A DNA stretch of 64,000 bases from Phaeosaccion multiseriatum (Eukaryota > Protista > Ochrophyta, other classes), in NCBI GenBank assembly GCA_965112735.1, contig OZ218954.1, positions 3,658,001 to 3,722,000 of the forward strand, read 5' to 3'. This document shows, piece after piece, positions 1-13,398 of the stretch. Below the pieces are notes generated by a model. The model made no database searches. It saw nothing but the letters and a program-made list of their open reading frames with translations, and was not told where the DNA came from. Position 1 is the stretch's first letter, and every line of letters begins with the position of its first letter. The position numbers were made by a program, and so were the translations under genes.

Positions 1-12
1 CAACATCTGCAG

Positions 13-1224
<1,212 letters not shown>

Positions 1225-1426
1225 AACATTAGAGCGCGTGGCGGACGGACCGGACTTCACCTGTCGATCTTCTGGTGCCATCCGTAACGGGCTGAGTCAT
1301 GCCCTCGCTCTTCGGTGGGGAGTGGGGAGGTTCGGGGAACAAGGCCGGCGTGCAAGCTTGGTTTGCTTGTGCTTGTTTGGTCGGTCTTCGCTGCGTCGCC
1401 GCTTTCATCGTCTGTTAATTACTGGA

Positions 1427-1540
1427 TCGACCCCTGATGCGCTATCCGCTATCGCCGGCGCCAGCCGATCCGCTATCCGCTATCGGCCAGCGGCCGATAG
1501 CGCGCTATCGAGAATGTGGGCGATAGTGCGTCAGGGTTGA
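1427..1540. mobile_element. MITE-like short element, copy 1
   Basis: Imperfect terminal inverted repeats TCGACCCCTGATGCGCTATC ... GATAGTGCGTCAGGGTTGA, internal GCTATCC sub-repeats, and a near-identical copy at 50905-50996. Confidence 0.6.
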
Positions 1541-1689
1541 AATTGAACTTACAGTAAGATTAGTGATAGGGGGGGGAGAAAAGAAAGAGAGCTTGAAGAA
1601 ATAGGAGGAGATGAGCGAAGAGGTAGGAGGGACATAGAAAGAAGCGATTCGATGCGTCCGGGCAGCGGTAGCCGCAGGGGCAGCAAGAG

Positions 1690-1790
1690 AGAGTGTATCG
1701 CCATCGGGATGAAGAGAGAGTGTTTTCAGAGGCTATTTTTAGTGTATCGCCATCGGGATGAAGAGAGAGTGTTTTCAGAGGCTATTTTTA
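1690..1790. repeat. About 50-bp direct tandem duplication, intergenic
   Basis: agtgtatcgccatcgggatgaagagagagtgttttcagaggctattttt occurs twice. Confidence 0.9.
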
Positions 1791-3004
1791 AACCGGAAAG
1801 CAAAAGCATCTCCCCAAACCCCAGCCAGAGCGAACAGAGCCTGCAGTGAGTATTGTACACCATTTCTCTTCCTTCCCCTTCCTGCGCACATCTGCATAAC
1901 TGTGATTCCACTCTCTCCCGTCGCTCCCAGCTATGCGATACTTGCCCGTAGTAGTTTGAGGTTGGGCCGTGTTGGGCATAGCTGTTGTAATCCTCGCTTC
2001 GCTGGCTGGTTCGCTGGCATTCGAAGGTCTGAAAAGATGGCACTAGAAGGCCTGGGAGATGGCACTGAAGCTGTATGTATATACTCTCTGGCATCAATCC
2101 GGCCACTGTAGGGTCGAGAGGGCACCGTCCATTCGGGCCATTCTAGGTGGTCGTCGGTGCTTAGAAGGCCTTCTGAAGCTAAGCATATGCGTGGTGCGCC
2201 CCAGCACCATGGCCTGTCTGATTTGTACTGCCACCTGTGCAAGATCGTGGAAACGTTGTAATCCGGGCTTCGTCGCCATTGGAAGGTCTCAAGAGCATTC
2301 ATACGGGGGGGTCTGAGTCATGAGCATCGATTTTGGGCCGTTGGAAAGTCTCGTCTCCTCCTTCCTTCTCGTTCACCCTCTCGAGCAGCAAAACCCCTGT
2401 AGATACATGATTCATGATTCCACTCTTGTGATTGACGATGTTTACTGCTCCCGTCAGTCAGGTGCCTAACCCTCTCTGGCGGAGAGGCCGCAGCGAGGAG
2501 GGTGAACCGTCCAAACTAAGCTCTCTCTACCTTGCCACTCACTGCCATACTGTCACAAGCTCCCTTCGCTGTGTGTGACTGGCACTGTCAGACTCTTATA
2601 AGCTCTCTTCGTCATCCTCCAGAGAAGACAAAGTTGCATCCATCGAGTCGCCCTTGCGCGGAACTCCCCCCCCCCCTCGGGCACCGCCCCCTCGGGCACC
2701 GCCCCCTCGGGCGCCTGACCTCCCCCCTCGGAAAATCTGCTGCTGGGCCTGTGCCCGTGCGTGCGTTTGCAAGCCTGTCCCACGAGAACGCGTATGTGGT
2801 GGGGAAGGAGCGACGGGCGGTACAACAGGGCAGAGTGAGGAGAGAGGGAGGGAGGGAGGAGGGTGAGGAGAGAGGGAGAGACCGGCGAGAGGCAGATGCA
2901 TGTGCTAGAGAGGGACAGGTGAGAGAGAGAGAGGGAGGGGGCAGAGACACAGAGCGAAAGAGAGAAAGGTGAGCGGGAGTACGGCGGAGAGAGTCGGCCA
3001 AGAG

Positions 3005-4936
3005 TCAGCCACGAAGGGAAGCAAAAGCGCGTCGGTTGTGAGCTGTCTTGTGGGCATGACGCACCAACCCATCCACCCATGCACGCATGCACGCCCGCAC
3101 GCACTCACGTACCCATCCATCCACCCACACACCCAGGCCTCCACCCATGCATCCACCCACCCACCCACCCACCCACTGACCTGCTAGCTTGACCCCGATG
3201 CTGACATCCATACTCTTGATCTCGGCCTTGAGCTGCAACACGCTTGCCCTGACGCGCTGCATCTCGCTACCTCCTGAAGCGTCATCTGCCTTCTCTCGAA
3301 TGGCATCCTTCGCCGCCTCCAGCTCCTCCTGTGGTGGGGGGGTGTATGTGTGTATGTGTGTGTCCGTGTGTGTCCATGTGTGTCCATGTGTGTCCATGTG
3401 TATGGTATGTGAGTGTGTCCATGTGTATGGTTTGTGAGTGTGTTCGTGTATGTGTGTGTATGTGTGTTTGTGTGTGTGTGTGTGTATGCCCTCCCTCCCC
3501 TCCTTCCCCTCCCCTCACCTGCAAGTCTTCAAGCTCCGCCATCCGCTCCCTTACCGCCCCCTCCAGCGCTGCCTGCCTCTTCACAAGTTCACTCTCCTGC
3601 ATCTTCAGACTCCGATGCTCCTCTGTCAGGGACAATGACTGCCCTCTGCTGCCATCCCCACCCCCAACCCCACTCTTGCTGTCATCCACTGCCATCCCAC
3701 CGAAGGAGTTGTTCAGCACTCTCTCCCCCTGCTGAATGGACACACAAGCCGCCTGCACGCTGGAGGCGAGAGCGCTCAGCCTCGCCATTTCCTCCCCCTT
3801 CCCCTCCCCCCTCGAGCTCCAGTCACTGCTTCTGCCCGCATGACTGTCGGTAGTGCCGGTGGTGGTGGTGCTACTTATCCTTGAGTGGGTCGATTTGGGG
3901 TTTCTTGTGGGCACGCCTACGTCTACACCTGCCTCTCGGTAGGCCTCCAGACCATCATGGAGTGCAGAGAGGCGAGCGTTCCAACCTGAGCTAAGTCTTA
4001 GACTGCTGTTGATGGCCCGGAGGCGAGGAGTGACTCTCTCGAGTTCTCTGCGCCACTCCAGGGGGTCCGCTGCAGCCTCAATGACGGCGTTGTTGAGTAC
4101 GACTTTTGTGATGCAGAGGAGCCCCACATTATTTAGAGATGGGGAATCGACATAAGACGTTGATGACATGGGTGGGGTCAGAAGCGGTTAGGTGCGGTAA
4201 CGATGGAGAAGGGAAGAAACTGCATACAAAACTACAACTCTACAAAGGCGACAATAAACAACACGACATCAGGTCAGAAGGGATGTGTTTGTCTCTCTAT
4301 AAGTTGCTCTCTCAGACTGACGGACCCATAGAAAAGCCACCGCTCCTTCCCCCACCCACACATACACGTATATATATATATGGTCGTACCTGAAGACGTG
4401 AGGAAGCTCTCCGTAACAGAACGATTCCCAAAGAAGGGCTCCTCCTCTTGTTCCTCGTCCCCCCCTCCTCCTCGGCCGCTTCCACCCACCATCACACCCT
4501 CCTCCTCCTCGATAACCATACTACCATCTCCTCCGTCCACCACCTCCTCGTCGTCGTCCACCTGTAGCCGCTCCTCCTCCTCTGTCCTGTACAAACGCCT
4601 CGACTCCGAAACCGTCGCCTTCCTCCGCCTCTTGCTCAGCAGCTCCTCTCCCATCCAGGTGAGCACCTTCAACACACTCTGTCCGAAGCCTGGTGTCAGG
4701 CTGACGGGCGTGATCGTCGCCAAATGTTGGGCAGGGAATCCCAGGCCCTGGCACGCCTGCGGGGGTTGGTTGGGGGGTTGGTCATACACAGCAGCAGCAG
4801 CAGCAACAATAAGCAACAATAACAGCAGTTGGTGATACACCGTAGAAAAAGCAGCACAGGGAAAGGCAAGGGGCACGGGAAGGGGGGTGGGACGGGCCGA
4901 ATATCGAGTCTCGATACACACACACACGCACACACA

Positions 4937-4991
<55 letters not shown>

Positions 4992-7064
4992 CATACGCAC
5001 GCGCGCACACACACCTGCAGCACCTCCATGGCCACAACATTGGGAGCGGCATTGTTATCCTTGCCGCCGCCATTTGTGAGAGTGGGACTGAAGCCAAAGT
5101 CACCCCCCCCGCTGAGCTCGCTGACCAGCCATTCGGCCAGGTGTATGAAGTCAGTGAATTGGGTGTGTCGGGTTATAGTTGGCGACGGCCTCTCCATGGC
5201 GAAGTGGAGTCGGGATAGGGGCGGCTTAGAGGCCTTAGATAGCACCTGTGAAGACCGGCATAAGGGTGGATGGATGGTTGGATGGGTTGATAGCCACTCA
5301 CGCACACACACATGCACGAACACACACACGCGTATACAACCCCCCCCCCACACACACACACATACAAACATGTACACACATGTACACACACACGTAGGTT
5401 GTAACAAGCAGTTACACAGAGAAGGGGTGCGGCGGGGAGCTTCCGCAGTTGGGACAAAGGAGTTGGCTCTGCAAGCTCTCCCCCTCCCTCCCTCGCTCTC
5501 TCTCTCTCCCTCCCTCCCTTCCTTCCTTCCCTCATCACCCCTCTCCCTCCCTCCCTCCCTCCCTCTTCCCTGCCGTCACCCCTCCCTCTGTATCACCAAC
5601 TCCCTCACGCACCTCAAAGTAAGACAGGATGGACATGATATCGTACAACCTTTCCATCATCACCAGCGTGACGCCTGCTGGGGTAGCCACAACACCTCCT
5701 CCTCCTCCTCCTCCTCTCCCCCCCTGTCCTTCTCCTCCTCCTCCCCCTCCTCCTCCTCCTCCTCCTCCTCCTCCTCCTCCTCCTCCTCCTCCTCCTCCTC
5801 CTCCTCCTCCTCCCCCTCCTCCTCCCCCTCCTCCTCCCCCTCCTCCTCCCCGTCCACTGCCATCACTGCCCCTGCGCTTGCTTCGCCCACCCCCACTCGC
5901 TGTAGCAGTGGTGATGTCTCTACTGCTCTCTCCCCGATCGCCGAGGACGGCGGCCTTCATCGAGGAAGAGGAGGGAGGCAAGGTTGCCTCATGTCTGGAC
6001 ACGCGAGGGGTGATCGACGAGTCGCTCTCCCTACCTCTGTCACCGTTCCTGTCTCCATCCCTATATCTGCCTTCTTCGTCTCCACCCTCACCCCCACGAT
6101 GATGATAATCCTCCTTCCCTCCTCTTGAGTTGGCGCTTGCGTTGTCGCGTCCTCCTCCTCTTCTTCTTCCTCCTTCTTCCTCTTCCCTGCCGTTTGCTAC
6201 CCACCCGCCTCTATCCCCTTCAGTCCCGCTATTCCTGCTGTTCGCGCTGCCACTGCCTCTCCGCCTCCGTTGTTGACGCTGCTCCGCTCGCCGAATGTCC
6301 TCCTCCCTCTCCCCCTCACCCTCTTGCTGCTGCCGCTCATCTCTGTAATCTAACCTCCCATCCCCATCCACTGCCATCCCCTCCTCATCCTCTTCCCCCC
6401 AGTACGAGCGGCTGCTCCTCCTCCTCGTCCTCCTCCTGTCCCCTCCCTCTGCATCAGCAAATTGTCTGCCTTCTCCTCGTTCGCCGCCCTCTCTCCCTTG
6501 CTGCTCCCCTCTCCTCTCCTCCCCTCTCCATCCCCCTCTGTCGTCATTCGCATGCCTCCACCCGTCCTCCTCTCTATTGCCGTTTCCTTGTTCCTGCCCC
6601 TGCACCTCCTGCCACTGTCGCTGCTGCTGTTGCTGCTGTTGCTGTTGTTGTTGCTGTTGCTGTTGTTGTTGCTGCTCCTGCAGCTGCTGCTGCTGCTGCT
6701 GTGGATGTTGTTGCTGCTGATGTTGCTGCTGCTGCTGCTGCTGCTGCTGTTGCTGCTGCACCCCCGCCTTCTGCGGCTCATGAGGGTCGTGTTGGAGAGG
6801 TTTCCGTTGCGGGATGTTGTTGGCGGTTCGGGCTCTCATCGTTCGAGCAATGCCACACACCTCCTTCACCTCGGGCCTGTCCGCAGGGTCCGTCGATATC
6901 ATCCTATACGCCAGGGACTGCGCAAGAGTGAGGGGGGGAGGGTGGCCATGGAGATGAGAGAAACGAGAGCGTGTGAGCAGATGGGGAGAGAGGCGGGGAA
7001 AGAAGATAGCAGCGTAGGCGTGGGCGTGGACGGGCGCTTGTGGGTGGGTGTGCGTTAGCTTGTG

Positions 7065-7126
<62 letters not shown>

Positions 7127-7974
7127 CCTCTCTCTCTGTGTGTGGGGGGGGCGGAGGCGTGTCCGTGCACCCGTATGTGTCTGCACCTGCCTCTATCCCT
7201 CTGTGTGTGCATGTGTGTGTATGTAGATGTGCGTACGTATGTGTGTAAGAGAAAGAGAGGTTTGACCAGGGGCCCAACGGCTCAGATCACAGGGCCGCGA
7301 AACGGCGCCTTCCTCTCTTCCTCCCGATTTAACCCTCCCCTCGTCCCCCCCCCTCCTCCCTCCCCTTCCTCCCTCCCCTCCGCCCCCCTCCCCCTCCCTC
7401 CCTCTGAGTCACCAGCTACCCCACCTCACCTTGAGCTCCTCCGAGTAGTGCTCCGGCAGCGGCTCGTAGTCGCCATTGCTGATTTTCTGAAACAGACTAT
7501 AGAGGTTGAGCCCCTGTGCCTTAAAAGGGCTCTTGAGCATACTTAGCTCATACAACAGACAGCCCAGGCTCCACACATCGCTCTTCCAACCATATCCACC
7601 CCCTCGGAGAACCTCCGGACTCATGTACAAAGGGGTGCCGACCTTTGGGGGAGGGAGGGTAGAGAGGGAGGGAGAGGGAGGGAGGGAGGGAAGGGAGAGG
7701 GAGGGAGAGAGGGAGGGAGGGAGAGAGAGAGTGAGAGAGTGATAGGTGTCAGGTGGTGGAGGGCGCACCTCTGGACTCATGTGCAAAGGGGTGCCGACGC
7801 ATGTGGGTGGGGGCCAGGCAGTGAGTGGTAGTGCTGAAGCAGCTGTCAAGAGGGTCCATGACACGCAAACTCAAACTCACCTTAGAGTGTGCCTCCAGTG
7901 TGTTCTCGCTGAGTGCCCTGCCGAGGCCTAAGTCACCGACCTTCACCTGCCCCTCCTGAGGAGGCATGAGTGTA

Positions 7975-8056
<82 letters not shown>

Positions 8057-8452
8057 CGATGCGTGCGTGCGGTCGCAATTCAAGCAAGGCGAAAACGGGT
8101 CAGTGCCAGTCAGCCTTTCCTCTGTAACCCACACACCCACCCACTCTCTTGACACCCATCCACTGCCATCCACCGCCATCCACCCTTACCAGAGTGAGGA
8201 AGATGTTGGCGGGCTTGAGGTCCCTGTGCATGATGCGTCGGTCGTGCATGTGCAGGAGAGCCTCGCAAATCTGACTGAAGTACTTCCACACCACACTCTC
8301 TTCAAACAGCATGCGTCTCTCCTGCGCCTTTCTCACTTGGCGTTTCAAGTCCCCCGCGGCCGCCCTGTGTGTGTGTGTGAAAGTGTGTGTGTGTGGGGGG
8401 GGTGAGGGTGAGGGTGAGGGTGGGGGCGAGGGTGAGGGTGAGGGTGATGGTG

Positions 8453-8494
<42 letters not shown>

Positions 8495-9854
8495 GGAGCG
8501 AGGGTGATGGTGAGGGTGGGGATGAGGAGTCACGGAGAGGGTCAAGGTCAAAGACGAAAACGAAAGACTCACCACTCAAAGACGATGACGAGCTCATTTT
8601 CGTCGATGAAAGAGTCGAGATAAGCGATGATGTTGGGATGGTGCACAGACTGCAGTAGACGAACCTGTGCAAGGGGCGGGGGGGGGATGGCAGTGGATGG
8701 GGAGGAGAGAGTACATGAGGCAAGGCAGGAGGGGAAGGGGGTGGGATGGCAGTGTGTAGGCAGGAAATAATGATGGAAAGGCAGTGGATGGGAAGGGGGT
8801 GGCAGGTAGTGGATGGGAAGGGGATGGCCGTGGATGGGGAGGGGCAGTCACGAGGCTGTTGTGTGCGGGCAGCAGCAAGTGCCCCTCCCCTCCCCATCCA
8901 CTGCCATCCGCCCTGCCTCACCTCCTTCAGACACTTGTTACGAGACTTGTGATCCATCGCATCAACAGCAATCTTCTTCATGGCCACTGTCTCCCCGTCA
9001 CTCCTCCTCTTGGCCCGGTACACTACGGAGAACTTGCCCCGACCGATGGCTTTGAGTACTTCATACTCTCCCATTCGACTCTCATTCAAGCCCTCGGGGT
9101 CCGCATCAAGGCCGCCCACCAAACCACCCCTCTTGCTCTTGTTGGATCCATGCCTTTGTCTTTCATCCCACCCTCTCTCGTGCTGCTGCTCCCCCCCATT
9201 CGTCCTGTCTTCTCCTCCTGCAGCCGATGATCCTCGCCTTGGTCTTTCCTCCCATCTTCTCTCATGCTGCTGCTCCCCCCCACTCATCCCTCCTCCTGCT
9301 GCTGATGATGATGCTCGCCTTGGTCTTTCCTCCCACCCTCCTTCTTGCTGCTGCTCCCCTCCACTACTCCCTCCTCCTCCTCCTCCTCCTCCTCCTCCTC
9401 CTCCTCCTCCTCCTCCTCCTCCTCCTCCTCCTCCTCCTCCTCCTCCTCCTCCTCCCGCTGCTGCTGCCGCGGCTGCTGCTGCTCCTGCTGCTGCCGCTCG
9501 TCCCAAGTCCCCTCTACTACTTCTACTGGACCTGCCTCCTCCTCCTCCTCCTCCTCCTCCTCCTCCTCCTGCTGCTGCTGCTGCTGTCGCTGCTGATACG
9601 GGGCTGGGGAAGTCCCCCCCCCTACTTCTATTGGACCTTCCCCCTGCTGCCGCTGGCGTGGGGGCGTCCGCTGCCGCCGCCGCCGCCGCTGCCGCTATTT
9701 CATAGTCCTCTGCCCGCTGCTGGGCGGACAGGTCAAGCATTTGCTGAGGCCTTCTACTGGTACTGCTGCTGCTGCTGTTGCTGCTACTGCTTCGACGGAC
9801 CCTCCTCCGGGCACTCTCCTCCCATTCTTCCCGTCCGCCGGTTCCATTCTCCAT
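3005..9854 (-). CDS. NEK6/7-like Ser/Thr kinase fused to an IFT57 domain. Exons 9854-8922, 8664-8573, 8364-8190, 7955-7881, 7642-7430, 6917-5613, 5245-5015, 4756-4390, 4102-3519, 3328-3181, 3042-3005.
   Basis: Kinase motifs: IGRGKFSVVY, VAMKKI, HRDLKPANIF, GDLGLGR (NEK6/7-type DLG), GTPLYMSPE, KSDVWSLG. IFT57-like motifs: MERLYDIMSILSYFE, PLSRLHFAM, QFTDFIHLAEWL, LTPGFGQSVLKVL, DPLEWRRELERVTPRL, LKAEIKSMDVSIGV. All junctions are GT-AG and frame-consistent; the last exon is least certain. Confidence 0.85.
8399..8520. repeat. (GGGTGA)n telomere-variant-like intronic repeat
   Basis: Direct reading; the same unit occurs at 56021-56293. Confidence 0.85.
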
Positions 9855-10328
9855 CCTCTCCAGACCGTACTGCCAACTGTAAGCGCAAAGTTTGAGAGGG
9901 AGGCTACGCAAGCATTGGGTACTGAAAGCTCGCGCACTGCTTCCACCCGAGACCAGAGTCTCCACCTAGGTCCTCGCGAAGGAGATGCATCCGTCTAATC
10001 CCTTTTCTGGTGAACTCGCGATGCCACTGGCGGGGATGCCCATCAGCAGATATGATTTGCTGACATAATTTGAGCGCGGCAGGTGAACAAATTAATTAAT
10101 GGGGGGCTAAAGAGGGAGAGCAGGACGGCTTGCTGCGGAAAGACAAGGACCCGAGATCTCTCTGCTGGCCAGAAATTAATGAGATGCCTTCGTGACGTGA
10201 AGGGCGGGGTACTTGACCGGCTCTGTGTACAGAATGAAAGGAGGTGATTCAGTCAGGCACACTGAACAGCCAATCCAGGCATAGAGAGCTTCCAAGCCGA
10301 GCAAGGCCTCTTTGGCTGGGCAAACAGC

Positions 10329-13300
10329 ATGAATCGGCAGGTGTTACTTCCACTGCTTGTGTTGGGCGCCATTCCCACGGCCATCAGGAGCAGCCGCAGC
10401 ACCGCTTCAGTTGCCGATATCTCCCCACACCGAGCGGACGAGGGTGGTCGGCCCGCCCTGCGAATCAGCATTGACATTGACGGGAGGTGGGTGACTGACC
10501 ATCAATAGAAGCAGCCCGGCTGGTCGTACGAGGCTTCCTTCCGTTTGTGTAGAAAGCAATGCTAAGGAGGAGGAAAAGAAGTTGGTTTTTAACCTCTCTT
10601 TCACTTCCTCCTCCTGCTCTGAAACGTATCGCGACCCGTGAAATTCCGTCCCGATGGGCCCTCTCTCCCCGATTCCTACACCCATCGACCCCCACCGCTC
10701 CATACTGCCTGCACCACCCATCCGCCTCCCTCCCTCCCCCTCCTCCCAGGCAAGAAGAGGTAGTGGCTCGGTGGGAAGACAACCCCGCTTACCTAGCCCT
10801 CACCTTCTGCAGCCAGCACGCCGTCAGCGATAGCGTCGAAGGGATAGGCTGCCTTCAGCTGGTGGAGGGAGAGATCATACAGCAGAGGCTGTTTTGGACA
10901 GACAATACAGCAAGTGGGTCATGAGGGAGGGAGGGAGGGGGAGGGGCGGGGAAGGGAGGGAGCATAACAGCAGAGGCGTCAGGTGGTGAGCGAGCAACCT
11001 CAGCGCGAGAGGGCGTTCACGAACACACTACAATTGGGCAACCTGAGTCTTTCCCCCTGTCCACACCTACCCCTACCCACCCGCTCATCCCCACCCTCCA
11101 CCACCCCAATTCCCACTCCCTCCCGCAACCCCACTCCCCCCCCCGAGCAGGAGGTAATGAGGAGTCCTTGCCCTTGGCTTTCGATGGCGACTCCTCTCTA
11201 CTCCTGGGGTCTGTGTACAGCTCTCAACAGCTGCTACCCGCCTCCCTTCGCATCGTCTTTGACGCACCTGACCTTGACTCTGGCGACGACGTATATGATA
11301 GGGATGGCAGTCTGTGGCGCGGAGTGCAAGGCGGCAGCGGAGAACAGCAAGAGGAGGGCCAGAGGGAGGGGGACGGAGAGGAGGGGCGAGGAGGAGGAGG
11401 AGGACGAGGAGGAGGAGGAGGGGGGGGGGGGGGACGGGGCTACAGAGCAGTGGAGAGGGCCGTCGGGGAAGTGTGTGTGGAGTATCGTCTCGGTGAGGAG
11501 CAGTGCTCGGACTTGCTGGATGGAGCCGTGACGCTCCTTTCCGACCAAAGAGACGGGGAAGGAGGGGCGGGGGGGGGGGGACCCGCCCTCCTGCACGGGC
11601 AGCGGCTTGAAAGTGGTACAGCAAGAGAAACAGCGAGAGCAGTGCGGTGGGAGCTTTGGGAAGCCGCCTCCTCAGCTGCAGGAGGAGGAGGTGGAGTCCA
11701 AAGACGGCAGCCGCCGCTGTACCTGCCCATGTATGTGAACAATGTGCTGTCTATGCATGTTGAGATGGCAGCGGATGGGGATGATGCGGGGGGAGGTCAC
11801 ACCGTCTTCTTCTTCAGGGCACACGTGGACGTGGATCGAGTGGTGCAGGACTTGGTGAGTTTTCTTTTGTGATTGTCATCTGTGTGGGTGGGTAAGCGTG
11901 TGGGTGCGTGTGGGTGCGTGTGGGTGCGTGTGGGTGCGTGTGGGTGCGTGTGGGTGCGTGTGGGTGCGTGTGGGTGCGTGTGGGTGCGTGTGGGTGCATG
12001 TGGGTGCGTGTGTCTCTATGCTCCCCCCCCCCTCGCCCTCTCTCTCTTCTCTCTCACTGCCCCTCCTCTCTCTCTCTCCATCCCTTTGCCTCGATGGCAT
12101 CAAAGGCCGTCCACCTCCACGCCTGCGGTCTCCCACTGCCTTCGCACGAGGCCATGCGGATGGCAGTGGATGACGCCCGCGCTAACATGACAGAGCCCCC
12201 ATCGGCCCGGCTGTTGTCGCCCTCGGCTTACCTTGACGTCTGCCTAGACGACCAAGGGGCCTTCTGCGACGGAGGAGACGGCAACAGCAGCCAGGAGGGG
12301 GGGCGGGAGGAGGGGCAGGAGGAGAAGCAGGAAGGCCAGGAGGGGCAGGAGGAGGATGTGGAGGATATGGAGGAGCTGGAGCGGCAGGAGGGGAAGCAGT
12401 TCGCCGTTCGGAGACTCCTTCTCTACGACGAGGAAGAGGTGGCCTTCTGTCCCTCCTGTGTGGCTGGGGGCCGAGTGTCGGCGTTCTGTGCTCGGCACCG
12501 GTGCTCCCATCGCATGCAAGCAACAAGCAAGCTCCTGCAGGATGCAGAACAGGTACATGTGTTTCCAAGTCTGGATGTCTTCCTTGCTTTGGTTGGCTGG
12601 CTTGGGTCACACCCCCCTCCCTCCCTCCCTCCCTCCAGTCCTTCCTCTCTTGCTCTGCCCAACCCATCCACTGCCATCCACTGTCACCAACCGATGTGAT
12701 GTGCATATCACCAACGGCTGCACTATCGTCGTCGTCGTCAAATCGCACAGGTCTTGCAGCAAAAGGAGCAGCAGCGCAGCCCCATTGAAGAGAGGGAGAG
12801 GGGGGATGGCAGTGGATGGGAGAGAGTTGTCGTGAGCCTCAGCACGCTTCCGAGTAGGGTCGGGCTCCTCGCTCCCACCCTAGCCTCCCTCCAAGCGCAA
12901 ACTGCTCGTCCTGACGCCTTGTACGTCGTCCTTCCCTCCGTCAGCCTACGCGAGTCTAAAGCCTACACGGTGCCGCCCTTCTTGGAGGAGGTGAGGGAGT
13001 TGGTGGCATATAGAGAGGGAGGAAGGGAGGGAGGGAGGGAGGGAGGGAGGGAGGGAGGGAGGGAGGGAGGGAGGGAGGGAGGGAGGTATACCCACTGCCA
13101 TCCATCCACCAGCTCACTCCGCGCTGTCATCCTCCATCCACTGCCATCCATCCTCCCTCCCCCTCCCATCCACTGCCATCCCCCCTCCCTCCCCAGATGC
13201 CCGATGTGACGGTGCTTCGCTATGACACGGACCTTGGCCCCTCCACCAAGCTCATCCCCGCTCTACAGATGGAGCCTCACCCCAGCACCATCATCATCAC

Positions 13301-13355
13301 ACGTGAGTGCGTGCGTGTGTGTGTGTATGCGTGTGCGTGCGTATGTCTGTGTGTG

Positions 13356-13398
<43 letters not shown>

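Noticed and set aside
1650-2970. Short ORFs and an exon-like segment near 2316-2397 (minus)
   Set aside because: Could not be linked into a frame-consistent gene and has no recognisable homology.
3005-5660. IFT57 as a separate gene starting at MMERLYD
   Set aside because: There is no stop codon or intergenic space after the kinase domain and the upstream frame is continuous; kept only as the alternative that would refute the fusion.
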